From Camelus ferus (taxonomy: Eukaryota), in NCBI RefSeq assembly GCF_009834535.1, contig NC_045696.1:37450001-37514000 (forward strand): a DNA stretch of 64,000 bases, read 5' to 3'. Below, piece by piece: positions 36,305 to 50,207 of this stretch; the stretch's first letter is position 1, and each line of letters begins with the position of its first letter. The notes under the pieces are model-generated. The model saw only the letters and a program-made list of their open reading frames with translations. It was not told the DNA's origin and searched no databases. The position numbers and the translations under genes were made by a program.

Positions 36305-39300
36305 AAAGGATAAAATAAAGATATTTTCAGATAAATCTGTGGAAGTTTCCCACAAGCAGACTATCATTAAAAGAAAATCTGGATGATATGAGTAAAGAAA
36401 ATGATCCAAGAAAGAAGATTTGAGATGCAAAAATGGATAAAGAGAGCAGAGAAGCAATAAGGATGCAGCTAAATGTGTTTCAGCATCAACTTTCTGAACC
36501 AAAAATAGCATCTTATGGACATAAGAAAACAGAATTAAATTAAACAGCATGTGATAGAAAAGAGACTCAAAGTAGTTACTGTGTTTAAAATTTTCTATGA
36601 AGGAAAAGGAAAAATACAAAGATTAGCTTTGAGACTTTAAAAGTCAAGTAAAAACATTATCATCTTTAGATTAATAATGAAAAGAATAATGAAAATATTG
36701 GGTATACCTAATAAGAGTATTGATTACAAAAAACTAGTTAAGGAAAAGATGGAATGATAAAATTAACAAATGCAAAAAAAAAAAAAAAACCCACAAGAAA
36801 AGACAGAAAAGGAAACACAGAAATATCAGAACAAATAAAATGCACAGAAAAGGGTGATAGATATACATCTAAATGTATCAGTATTTATAGTAAAAATAAA
36901 TGGATAAAATGATCTTATTAAAATACAATGGGTTTGAGATTTGCTTTTGAAAAAACAATTGTGTTTTTTACACAAGTCATAGCTAAAACATATAGCTAAA
37001 GAAATTAGGAAAAGATGCATTTTGGGGGCAAAGACAATTGACAAAAACAAGCTTATACAGTTATGTAAGAGGTTTTTCTATAAAACGAGGCATTTTTCAA
37101 ACAAAAAGAGTAACTGGGTAATGATTTCAATTCCCCAGAAAGAAGTATTTATTTTAAATGTGTAGGCAATTGATAACAGTCTCAAAATATATAAGGACAG
37201 ATTACATAAAGCACTTGAAGTTATTGTTAACAATGACCCTAACTGGTGCAAATTATTTTCCCTGTGACTATCGCGTAATTGGAACATCCTCCATAATTGC
37301 ATTCTATAATTACTGCTTGGGGACTGTTTTAGTGCCAACTCTGAGACCTAAATCTCATAGTGATAATTAAAAATATTAATGTTGGACACCATCTGACTCC
37401 AGCCCCTCATTTTACAAAAGAAGGAATTGAGACCTACAGATTAATTAAAGAACAGCCTGAATTACATTTAGTGAAAGGGCTGGAGATTAGTCTTTTGATT
37501 TTCCATACAAACTTCTCAGAATTATTTCACAAGGTCTGCAGTTACAATAATTTCTGCACTAAAAAGGAAGTGGCAGCTTAATATTTTATTCTCTGAAAAT
37601 TATAATTTCAAAATAAATATTTATTTTGGCTCCAAGGTCTAGATGAACTTTCATGCACTAGAGACCTGGTCTACAAAATAGCTCACATTGTCTTTTCCAT
37701 ACAACCCTTCATTTGTGACTGTGTGATATTTGTGACCCATTAAGGATGATGCGAAAGGCTAATAATGTGCCTCTGTTAAAAAAAAAAAACCAAAAACAAA
37801 AACAGAGGAGTAGGCACTCAGGTTGACCATCAGCAATTACTCCCAGAGTGGGAGCAGCTGGCTGCCCAGCCAGAACAGTCCTGTCTATCATAACCAGGAA
37901 GATGGGGAATCAGAAGGCCATTACTGGAACTACTAACCTCCAGAACATAATGCTAAAATTACGTCATCTGTGAGGTGAATTTACAACCAACTGCCATAAA
38001 CCCCCAACTCCCAATAAACAAGTGACTAGTTTCTGGAATAATAATGCAAAAAAAAAAAAAAAAATCAACTTCTTTACCACTAAGTAAGCCCCAAGAAGCC
38101 TCACTTCTGCCTTCAACATCTCATTTTGGATCTCCTAGTTAGTAGAATCCGATTTTCATCTAAAACTTTGACTGCAATTTTCCTAGCCTCTGTAGAACAG
38201 AAGACATTTCAGAGGAAGTTTGAAATACATGCTGAGTGCCAATCACTCTATGTGCAGTGGGCTCTTCTTACATTACCCTAGTTTACTTTTTACCATGATT
38301 TTACTTGCCACTATATATAACAGACTTTGCTGGCTTGTTTTCTTTTGCATCATCTGTCTGTTCCACTGAATTATACGCTTCATGAGAACATGAACCAGTT
38401 TTGTTGTGATTACTCAGTGCCTGACATGCAGAAGGTCCACAGCAAATTTTTGCTGAGGGAATTAACTGGAAGCATCAGATTTCACTTCTAAGTAACTTAA
38501 AAACTCAGCTCATTCACTGATTTGTTAAACAAGTATAGAAACTTCTCAATCTATATGGACTCCACTGACTTGTCTGCAAATTGTGCTAATAACAAGGCAT
38601 GCAAAACCCCCATCCCACTTTGTTCTGTCAATCAGCCTGTGTTATGTTTAAAGCCTAAACATCTCATGGAGCGAAAAGATCTTGCTGAATGTATGATGCA
38701 AACAACTAGCCTACATCCTGAGGGCCTCTAAGAGGGATTTGGTAAAACATATCACATATGCCTTCACTGTCATGCTCAGGTTGTTACTGCTCAGTCGCTC
38801 CTGATCCTGAGGGCATATTTCAGGCAGAACTGTATCCTGAGATTCACCTGCCACAGCCCCAGGGGATGCATGCGGAGTATCGATTTCCCCTGTCATTCCT
38901 GGACCAACGACAAGTCCAAACTCAGTGCAGTAGAATTCAGCACCTACCATCTATGCTCTTCTGCTTAAGACCCTTTCCTCCTGGTCTGTCCTTTAAAGCC
39001 CTCAAAACAATTGCCCACAGTGGAGTGTTTGTGTGGGTGTAGTGTGTGGAGAGGTGTGCCATAGCGGGTGGAGGATTAATTAGCAATGGCAACGGCAGCT
39101 AGAAACATCCTCTTCCTTTTGCACAGATGGGAAGCTGACACAGCATGTGTTACTCTCTGGGCCAAAGGTTCTCAGGCTCAGGTCATGCTGCTGTCTAAGA
39201 ACCTTCTGAGATTCCAGGTTGCTGTCTTCTCCCTGGCATATAATTCCAGCTTCTAGATAGCTTCTAAATTGTTTGCAAGAGGCAAAGCTGTGCTTCAGGA

Positions 39301-40811
39301 AAAACTGAGTTACTACCAAAATGGAGAACGTTGTGGGGAAGCAAAAGGATAGAGCACGTTCTATCCTCAAAACGCACTGGGTTTGGAATGAGGATGGCAG
39401 TTGGTATTGTGAAGAAAATACTGAGAGAGAAAGCTGCTCCCTGCTCCTGGGGGAGACAGGACCAGGGATAGAATATTTCTCCCTCCTCCTAGAGTAGAGC
39501 CTGATAGTATGGCCTGTGGAAGTCCCTTGTTTATTATTCACATTCTCCTAATTCATCCCCTGCTCCCTTACACTCCCCAGGTGCAGTAGTGCAGCTCCAT
39601 CTATTAACACTGGGAGAACACTAACACTAGTAAGAATGACCGCTCCTGGCAACTCTCCCTTAAGATTCCTCCAGGCAGGGCAGAGAAGGATAGCCTCTTC
39701 CAGGCTCCACCCCTCACTTGGGCAGAGGTGGATGGGAACAAGTTTATGCTGAGCCTGGGAGATACAAGTTTTCCCAAGAAAGATGCTTCGAACAGAAGGC
39801 TAACTAGATGGGGTGAGGAGAGATCAGCTTTTCCATCGGAGGTGTACTCTGTCCCATCTTATACTGGAGCAAAAGTCTCCCCAGATTACCTAGATTGTCT
39901 TCTTCATAGAAAATTGTGGAACACCCCAAAACTTTAGAAGAAAAGAAATCAAACTAGAGAATTTTGAAGTATGGCATTCTCAGAGGATTTTTATATTAAT
40001 GTTAAACCTGAGATTGATTTAGAAATCCTAACATTATGAATTATTTCAATTTATTCATTTTTCAGATCATCTGCAATTACCCTATTTACATACATTTTTT
40101 AGAGAGTATCTAAATTTATTTTCTCTGTTATCATGACGGGGCTATAGAATACTACAGGCAGACTTGACCTATATTAAACTTACACTGCTCAGCTTTATTC
40201 TGGCCCAGATCCTTGACATTCTTCGTAGTGAACTCCCAAAACAACCCCCCTAAACAACTTTCTGTTTCATTGCATTCCAATTACTATAGCTTTCCACCCC
40301 ACTACAGCCCACAGACAGGAGAGAATGTCCCTCATTTCTGAGAAGTGCTATATCATATAGCACACATTTGCCCTCTTTCTACCTCCATACAGCTCTTTAT
40401 TTATACCCGTGGTCTCATCACCATTAGATCCTTCTATAAAAATCTTTATTAATGTTTACCTTCTAAAGTTAACTGCTCACTAAAATGAATCCCTATCCTG
40501 TTGACATCATCCCTTCCTATAAGACCTTGATCTTGTATTTATGCCTCCCTTTCCAGCATCATTAATCTTAATATCCTTCCAGTCAAGCTCCTCTACTGTA
40601 TTATATATTACTGCCTATGTTATGCTTTAAACATTGTTTTTATTATGTCCTTCCCTTTTCAAAACCCTCCAAAGATTATTTCTTTCAATATTTTCCACTT
40701 TTTGAGATTTTATTGTAATTCCCTCCTATTAATTCAACTGTATAGTCATCATTCCCTGTCTGCCCATCTCTATTAAAGGACCCCCTCATGATGGGTGGGG
40801 GAAAAAAAAAG

Positions 40812-41490
40812 TTCTTTCCAGCCAGCCACGAGTGATGGGCATCTCTTGAACAAATGGCACAAGTACCGCAAGACCAGGGACAAAAAAAAAACCTACCACA
40901 AGAAGCAGAAGTATGACCTGGGATGTCCCTCGCCAATACCAAGATTGGCCCTGCTGCATACACACAGTCTGTGTGCAGGGAGGCAACAAGAAATATTGGG
41001 CTTTGAGGCTGCACGTGGGGAACTTGTCCTGGGGCTCTGAGTGTTGCCTGCACAGGACAGGGGTTATGGATACTGTCTACCATGCACCCAACAATGAACT
41101 GGTCCCTACCAAGACCCTAGTGAAGAATTGCATCGTGCTCATTGATATACAGACAGTGGTAGAGTCCCACTATGCACTGCCCCTGGGTGGCAAGAAGGAG
41201 GCCAAGCTGACTCCTGAGTAAGAAGAGATTTTAAACAAAAAACGATCAAAGAAAATTCAGAAGAAATGTGATGAAAGGAAAAAGACTGCCAAAATTAGCA
41301 GTCTTCTAGGGGAGCAATTCCAGCAAGGCAAGTTTCTTGCATGCATTGCGTCAAGACCAGGCCAGTGGGGCCAAGCAGATGGCTAAGTGCTATAGAGCAA
41401 GGAGCTAGAGTTCTATCTGAGGAAGGTCAATGCCCAGAAAGGCAAATAAAACCTTATATCTTAGCTCATGTAAAAAGGTGTTTATTTTAT
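40812..41490 (+). pseudogene. RPS8: Processed pseudogene of 40S ribosomal protein S8 (eS8)
   Basis: Intronless. 5' UTR ttctttccagccagc, ATG at 40835, original stop TAA at 41447-41449. Recognisable peptides [76 protein letters not shown] and terminal RK...KGK. Disabled by TGA at codon 5, indels and TAA at 41219-41221. Confidence 0.97.
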
Positions 41491-41844
41491 AGATAGATAT
41501 AGATAGAAAGATTTTTTTCTCCCAAATATAGTCTCTAATATATTTAAGCCAGGGTTAACAGTGATTAAAATTCACTGTACTCAAACTACTTGGCATACAA
41601 AGGGCATTCAGTACATGGTTGAAAAGTAGATGTATGCCAGTTTATTCCTGCTGCCGTAAATTCAGGTTAGTTCTCACATCTGAATTGGAATTTTCTCATC
41701 CCTTAGGCTATCAGAATCTTACCTGTCTTTGAGTCTAACTTTAAATCTATTTCTTTTGTGAAGCCTTCTTTTCATATTCAAGTCTTAATTCATATCCTTT
41801 TATTGGAATATTTTAGCAAATGTTGGATACACCAAAAATTTTAC

Positions 41845-42430
41845 GTTAGTCAAGGTTTAATTATAAGTAACAAATACCAACTATTTCAGGTGGAAAGAGA
41901 GAAATGTATTTAATCAAGGAAAATATGTGCTTATTAAATTGTTAGAAGGCTAAAAGAGCATACTTTTCATTAATTGGGCATCCAAGAATGATGCATGACA
42001 AAAAAACACTAAACTGGAAGGCTGGGGAATCTGCCACAATCAAGGAGAACCACTGCACTTGACCACAGAAACACTTTAGTTGTAATGTAGGCCTGAGTAT
42101 GGTCCCACCACAATTATTGGCTATAGAAGTGGACCGTGCCTGTTAGATCCAGACAGAATTTAAGCCTGCATCTCAACACCCATGGATGGAAACAAAGGTC
42201 TTGACTGATGTTACTAGAGAACACCAAATGATACCGCTTGCAAAAGTACAGTCTTTGTCTAGTATCAACTTCCCAAACATGCGTGAGCTTATCCAACCGG
42301 CTGAGCTTTTAGTAACATATGAAATACTAGTGACAAGAAATTCTGAGGAACTGAATTTTTCAGTCTTCAGCCTTTGCAGTATAGCATGAGAAGAGATGAA
42401 TATTGGGTATCAATTCACTATATTATCCAC
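41845..42430 (-). mobile_element. Old MLT1-type LTR
   Basis: gttagtcaaggtttaattataagtaaca... start and ...aattttcagtcttcagcctttgcagt...atccaca end. Confidence 0.5.
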
Positions 42431-43873
42431 AAGTGGACTTTATCTTGTTACTTTGTTATTGTTTGATATATAATGATCATATTTTCCTAAATGTTTAATT
42501 ATTTGATAATGGCTAATTGGGATGGCATCATATTATTGTAGATGAAAATATGCAAATCGAAGAATATTTAGTTCTAATTATACCTTAGTTCTCTACCAGC
42601 CTCTTTTGTTTGTTTAATCATGAAGGCAGTCACTTAGCTTCCCTAGGTCACATTTAATTCAAGATTTTATAGATGATATCTTGAGTACTCTCCTGATTTA
42701 CTAGTCTATGATTTCATGCTTGATTGAACTATATCCTGTTCGAGTAGACAACCCATCTGCTTGATAGGAGAAAATTGTATTTGAGTATTAAATGTGTATT
42801 GTGTGTTTCACTTCAAAAGATTCTAGAGGAGAGATTGAGAGACATACAACATTGACATTTTTTCTTTTTCTCTGAAGAGTGGTTGAATGGATATATTTTT
42901 ATTCTTTTTAATGATAGGTAGAGACTTGAAGTGCCTTGTGTTACTGCTGCTTGAATGACTTTAACAAGCTACATGGAGCACTCACAATAAAAACTGTGTC
43001 CCTAAATCCAATTCTACATGACTTAGAGAGGGTCAATATCATTCTGACTTTTCCCCAATACAAAATAACACTCTCTTGACTTGCTTTTGTACAGTACACT
43101 CCCAGTCATTGATCCCCCACTTAAAATGATGGATCTTCCCTGTCTTTGGCTATCACTGGCAGCCAGCCCTTAAACAGATGGGTCTCCAATCACTCCTGAG
43201 GATGGTCTCCCTAAATAACTACCTGCCCGTTGAGTGTAACTAGAATTGGAAACTGAGGCCTATATTATTACACAATAAGATAGTTTGTCCTGAGCGCTAC
43301 AGTAATTCTAAGAATAAACATGACAATACAAAGAGCCACATTTGAAGTGTAAGTTTCTAGTATGCATTTTTTCTGATTTCATCTGGAATTGTGTAAGTGG
43401 GAATTTTTTCTTGTATCAATTCTTGATTAACTCCACTGCCAAAATGTCTAAGGAATTAAGCAGGGATTCTCTACTGCAGATAATAATTGCATTCTTAAGC
43501 CCATAGAAAACAGGCAAACCTAACTATTAACAAATGATGCTTAAAATAAAATCTTCCAAACAAAATCTTACAAAAATACAAATTTGAATGTAGATTGTTG
43601 TCAGCAGGCTCATGTATGTGTGCAAGCTTTCTTTTATGAAACCATTAATGGATAAAGATATTTAACAAGTCTCTTACTGACTCCAAATTCATTCAGATAT
43701 CTTGGTTCATCAAATTATATTACAGAGAATAAAGAAATATGTAAATTTCCTACCTAACTAGAGACAGAAATCTTTGAAGAATCCTGGGATAGAATTTTAG
43801 ACAGAAGATTAGTAAATATCTCAATTTTCAAACAAGAATATTGAATCCAAAATCTATTTGAATGGAAAATTTT

Positions 43874-44680
43874 TTTGGTCCCTGTTGAATTATTTTTTTA
43901 TAGTTGATGTACAATATTATACATTACACATGTACAATATAGTGATTCATAATTTTTTAAAGTTATATTCTATTGATAGCTATAAAATATTGTCTATATT
44001 CCTCACATTGTACAATATACCCTTGCAGCCTATTTTATACATAATAGTTTGTACTTAATCCCCTAGCCCTATATTGCCCCACCACCACCATCCCGCCACT
44101 GGTAACCACTAGTTTGTCCTCTGTATTTGTGAATCTGCTTCCTTTTTTGTTATATTCACTAGTTTGGTGCATTTTTAAAATTTTACATATAAGTGACATT
44201 ATACAGTATTTATCTTTCTTTGTTGACTTATTTCACTTAGCACAATGCCCTACAAGTCTATCCATGTTCTTTCAAATGTCAAAATGTCATACTTTTTGTG
44301 GTTGAGTAGTATTTCACTGTGTATGATATACCACATCTTCTTTATCCATTTGTCTGTTGATGGACACTTAGATTGCTTCTATACCGTGGCAAGTTGTGAA
44401 CAATGTTTTATGAACATTGGGGTGCACGTATCTTTTCAAATTAGTGGGTTTTTTTTTTTCTTTCTGATATATACCCAGGAGTGTAATTACTGGGTCATAT
44501 GGTAGTTCTATTTTTAGTTTTTTGAGAAACCTCTATACAGTCTTCCATACTAGCTGCACCAATTTACATTCTCACCCACAGTGTACAGGGTTCCCTTTTC
44601 TCCACATCCTGGCAAACATTTGTTACTTATGTTCTTCTTGATGACTGCCATTCTGATAGGTGTGAGGGAATGTCTTATTG
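43874..44680 (-). mobile_element. LINE-1 no. 2, non-inverted 3' part
   Basis: Antisense 3' UTR and ORF2 C-terminus (atgaacattggggtgcacgtatcttttcaaattag; gggttcccttttctccacatcct); T tracts at 43870-43876 and 43893-43899. Confidence 0.95.
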
Positions 44681-45377
44681 CTCCCTGACTTCAGACTATA
44701 CTGCAAAGCTAGAGTAATCAAAACAGTATGGTACTGGCACAAAAATAGACACATAGCTCAAAGGAACAGAATAGAGAGCCCAGAAATAAATCCAGGTACT
44801 TAGGATCAACTGAATCTATGACAAAGGAGGCAAGACTATACAATAGAGAAAAGACAGTCTCTTCAATAAGTGTTGGGAAAACTGGAAAGCTATATGCTAA
44901 AGAATGAAATTAGAACATTCTCTAACATTATATACAAAAATAAATTCAAAATGGATTAAAGACCTAAATGTAAGATCTGAAACCATAAAACTCCTAGTTG
45001 AAAACATAGGCAGAACACTCTTTGACATAAATCGTAGCAATATTTTTTGGATCTGTCTCCTAAAGCAAAGTAAATGAAAGCAAAAATAAACAGACGGGAC
45101 CTAATTAAACTTAAAAGCTTTTGCACAGCAAAGGAAACTATAGACAAAAGGAAAAGACAACCTACTGAATGGGAGAAGTATTTGTAAGTTATATTACTGG
45201 TAAGGGGTTAATATCCAACATTTATCAACAGCTCATAAAACTCAACATCAAAAGAAAACTAAAGAACCCAATTAAAAATTGGCAGAGGTACTGAAAAGAT
45301 ATTTTTCCAAGGAAGAAATGCAGATGGCCAACAGGCACATGAAAAGATGCCCAACATCACTAGTCATTAGGGAAATG
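44681..45377 (+). mobile_element. LINE-1 no. 2, inverted 5' part (late ORF2)
   Basis: ctccctgacttcagactatac...cagtatggtactggcacaaaaatagacac...aaacttaaaagcttttgcacagcaaaggaaac...attagggaaatg. Confidence 0.95.
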
Positions 45378-45944
45378 AACAGAAAATCTTACAATGATGC
45401 CATTGCAAGGTTTTAAGACACAGCATTAAAAATATGTGACCCCCTCATAAAAATCAGTGTTTAGCAATGATTCATTAAAATAAAGTCACAGCACACTAAC
45501 CTTATCTAATTTTTATAGCGTTTAAGATTACTATTTAAGATAAATTCAGAAAAATGTATTAATACAGATTCCCAGTAAATAGCTATTCATCAGTTGGATT
45601 GATTCCTCGTCCTCAGTTGTCATTCATAGACATCACATATACACAGGACCAATCCAGACAAAAAATACTGAATTAATCTGTGTCCTTAAAACTCCAGTGA
45701 TTCCCCACCTGTTGTTTCTTTGTTTCTGTCGTTTCTTTTTTGGATCTATTTTCTTAAGAAAGAAACATTCTTTCCAGAGTTTGTTATTCTAATTTCATTT
45801 CTCAAGAATTGTCGGTCAAAAATGGGTCACATACTAATGCCCTAGCTCCAAGAGTTTATAGAACTTCAAATATTTTGTACTTTTAGCTTCTAAATTGGAA
45901 CACAGACAATGCCAGAAATCAAAAAAGTGAGAGAGGAACGGCTG

Positions 45945-46432
45945 ATGCATCAGGCTCCTAATTCTGGTATAACAAATTACCATAAATGTAATGGTCTAAG
46001 ATAACACAACTGTGTTAGTTAAAATTTTGGAGGCCATAAATTTGAAATGGATTTCACTGGGCTAAAATCAAGGTGTCCACCCAGCTACATTCCTTTTTGG
46101 AGATTCTATGGGATAATCTGATTTCTTGACTGTTCCAGTTTCTGGAAGTTACCCCCATCCTTTGTTAACTCCTTGTAACTTCAAAGTCAGTAATAGCCAA
46201 TAAAAGCTTTCTCATATAATATCACCCTGACACAAATTCTTCCTCTCTCTTCCACTTTAAGGAAACTTGTGATCACATTGATCCCAATCAGGTAATTCAG
46301 GTTAATTTCCCATCTCAAGATTAGTTGAATCCATCTGCAATCTCTATTCTCCATTGTCTAACTTAACATATTCACAGATTCCAGAAAGTAGGGTGAGGAT
46401 ATATTTGGGAGGCTAATGTTATGTCTAATACA
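45945..46432 (-). mobile_element. MLT1C/D-like LTR
   Basis: taacaaattaccataaa...ttcactgggctaaaatcaaggtgtc...aggttaatttcccatctcaagat...catattcacagattccag. Confidence 0.8.
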
Positions 46433-49400
46433 AAAAGCTGCCAATATTTTGTATCAGCTTTGTAATACTATGAGGAGCATAATGATGGTAAATTTGGGAT
46501 TCTTACATTTATTGAGCACTTAGTGTATGCCACTTCATGACTGTTGGTTACTTCACTATTTTTTTTCATTTATTCATTAACTCATGTATTTATTTGTCTT
46601 TATATATCTATACATGAATGTGTAAACATATGTATGTATACACTTAATTTGTACTCTAGCTATCTTTTGAGGAGTTGGCTGTGTAATGTTTATTCCCTCA
46701 TTCACGTAACTTGAAGATGTAATCTGTGTCCTTAAAACCCCAAGGATTCCTCATCAGGTATTCTAGCCCTTTTGAAACCTGAATATCTGCCCAATTTATC
46801 GGTTGCCTCAAATTTTAAAACTCATCTTGTTTTCTCTAGTATCTTTCTTTTGTGTTTGCACCATGCTCTACCTATCTCCTTTTCACCTAGACTACTGTCA
46901 TGGGTGCTCCTTGAGTCAAGCTTGTCTAACTTTTCACTGGAAAATCACCTCCTTGAATGGATTTGCTGAATTCATGTATCTTCTGCAAGACTGAATATCC
47001 TGGTTTTTTCCAATGACTGACAAATGGTGAGTCCACAACTTTTGAACTCTGCATTGCATTGTTCATCTAACTTTGTTAGCCTAACTTCTGCTCTTGGCTT
47101 AATGCATGGGATATTTATGTTTCTAAGTAGTTTGCATTCCCAGTTTTGTACTGCTAAGATTCTGTAGCTGCAAAATTATGATGTTTTGCCCCTCAGGTTT
47201 GTATACAACAAAAGGGGTGTTATAAGAAACATTAAAATGCACAGAAGACCTACTTACATTCAAACTGGTTTATCATTTTGAAAAATCTAGTCACACTCAA
47301 AGATATGTGACTTATGTAAGGTGGTGTATGTCTTATAAATCGTAGATCGCTGATAACAGGAAAATGTTATCTTTAAAGTCTGCAACAGTATACAAAAGAC
47401 TAAAACCTAGATCATGAAATTACTGTGAACTCTTAAATCAAAATATGTCAAGGATGGCACTAAATAGATAAGCAATCCAAATACAACAGGAAAAAAGAAT
47501 GTGTGAGAGTGAGAACATCGAGCAAGCAATTAAATTTTGTAAATGCGTAGAAAAATAAGAAAGGATTCATTTCCCCAATGATGAGAAGTAATAAAGCACA
47601 GCATACATAAGAACCACAATTGTGTTGCAAAATTTGTTCATTTTAGTTACTTTCAATACAATATTGGTTGAGAAAAAGCATTTCTATATTTATAGTTATA
47701 TATTTATATAAATATGCAAGGTACATAAATACTTTAAAACAATGTTATACATTTTTATTAAAATTATGGAAAGCCACAGTCATAGTTTAGTATACACAGC
47801 AAAACTGTTCAATTTAAATATAGGTGGCTTTTCTATTTAGTAAATATGTCATATTTAATGTATGTTGTTAATATCAAGGAATTACCTAGGAAGTAACCAC
47901 TTAACAAGGACAATGCACTGGGGGACCATCAAAATAAATTATAGCACCACTGACTAAATTTATTTTAATTATGAGGTATTATTATTAAGAAAACTATAAA
48001 AATTCCATATTTAGACTATGGATATGTTCAAATAAAATGACAAAAAGTCAATGTCTATGACACTGAGTCAAATGACTGCAGTTATTCAAAGAAAGCTTAT
48101 CAGCACCTGGAGGGAAATGATCAATGATTAGAATGAAATGCATTTTGTTTGCAAGAGAAATAGAGATCCTACCACAAATTTGTCAAAATGTCAGAGTGTC
48201 TTTGAGAAAATAACTGTAGCATTAAAAAAAAAAAAACTAGATGGAATCTGGAAATTAGAAGTATTTGACAGAAGTTTTCTGCTTTGTATCCACTGACTAT
48301 TGCTTGGCCTGGATTAATCATAGCCTTGAAATTAGGACAAAATCAAATATAATTGAAAAAGTGACTTTCTTGTGTGTTTCAATCCAAAAACTGCCTACTT
48401 TGGAAAATCCTAAATGAAAGTTTATTAAGAAAATAATTTTGTTGCACACAATTGGAAGATGGTGTATATTTTATATCTATATTTTTCTGTAGATAATAAC
48501 TATCATTTTGTAGATAAATTATAATAATACATATAGATACAAGAGAGAGATGTTTATAATAACATGATATCCTTTTTCCATGCTTTCTCTATTTTTCACA
48601 GTAGATAATTCTACTCTTACTGGCTCTAATTCATTCTCCACCCTGTTGACAGAGAGCTATGACTAATAAAAGTCTGACCACATCTGTTTCATCAATGATA
48701 TCACACGGTTTTTATGATAAAATAAAAATGCCTCTACATACTGCTCAGTTTACCATTTTAGCTGAAAAGGATTTCTTTCATTTCTTTACACCCTTTCTTC
48801 AGTTACACTTATATTTATCCCATATTTATGTTTATATTTATCTTATTGTTTCAGTTTATCCAATATTTCTATGTTTATTATTGGCTTTTACTGTTTCCTC
48901 TTGATAGAGAGAGAAAAGAAAACCTGATCAACTCCTACACTTGTTCTCTTACTTCTCTGTAGGGAGTTTCTTGATTACCTTCCACACTAAAGATGGTCTC
49001 TTTCTTATCTGATACAGTAACAATGTTCACTGCTTTCATCACCTTTATCATATTATAAAATACATTTTTCAACATCTGTCCAGAATTTTGCTAGATTTTA
49101 TGCTTTCTGGTCATTTATGTCTTGGTCACCATGATAGTTCCAAAAATTACCACAGAGCTTATTTTCAATAAGCATTTACCTAATGAATAATGACTAAATG
49201 AATAAATGAATAAAATACTTTTAAAGTCTCAGAAATGTCAATACAATAAAGGGTAACTAAATATTTTGGAGAGATGGGATTTAGGTATATAAAACTACCT
49301 TGGTTTATGATCACAGTAATATTTTTATATTCTATGTATCCTTTAATATGTATTCTCAGTGATGACATTGCTCAATTTTTAAAGTATTAATTTTACTACT

Positions 49401-50207
49401 TGTTTTAATTTCTGCTGACATCCATTATTTCTTTTTATATGCAATTTTAGCAGACAGTATTCAAAGGAATGCCAAAAGAAAGAAAGAAATTTTAACTAGT
49501 CAATGTAGCAGCTCTGAAATAAACACAAATAACATGAAATGGAAAGAAATCATTTGAGAAAAAGATTAATGATCCTCTGTTAATTCAAATTCTATATTAT
49601 CACCATTATTAGGCATCATCAAAGTTTAATGTGTATGTATGTGTATATATATACATATCTGTATTTATATATATTTATATATACACATACATACACCAAC
49701 ACAGTTAAATTCATATGCATTTTAGTTCCACATATCTTAAACAAAACATTATATTTAAGAATTAATTTTGCTATATGGTAATTTGAAAGCATTATTCAAT
49801 TAAATACTATTAATGCTATAAGAATGAATATAGAAACATTAGAAATAATAAAATAGTAATGATATTTTATCATGCAAAATTTTTTATCCCATTTGTATGT
49901 TATTTATTAAAGTACACCATTTAAGTATGTTACTTCCACAGAAGGTACACAACATTATACACAATCTGTTTAAATTTTCCATAGATAAAATGAAGCTACC
50001 AATCGATATTTGCATAAGAAAACTTCAGAAAATTAAAAACAAAGACATGAAAAAAATAAACTAATATCATTTAGTCTTAAGGACAAAATAAAGACATAGT
50101 AAGACTCAAGTTTATTAATAACTCAAATTTAACAATGACTGATTAAATTATTTAAAGATTTACAAAGCAGTTTCTAGTTAAAGAAGCAGAATCCTATGAA
50201 GAAACGT

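Larger units (their letters stand above)
35540..37235 (+). mobile_element. Old L1M ORF1 to ORF2-start fragments, interrupted by LTR pieces
   Basis: ORF1-like blocks (agctgactagacatagccaaagaga; aaaataaagatattttcagataaa) and ORF2-start-like blocks (tatcagtatttatagtaaaaataaatgga; tcaattccccagaaagaag...ttaaatgtgtaggca). Confidence 0.6.

Noticed and set aside
40685..41221. 132-aa antisense ORF and 81/102-aa sense ORFs as genes
   Set aside because: Shadows and frameshifted pieces of the RPS8 pseudogene, which has a stop at codon 5.
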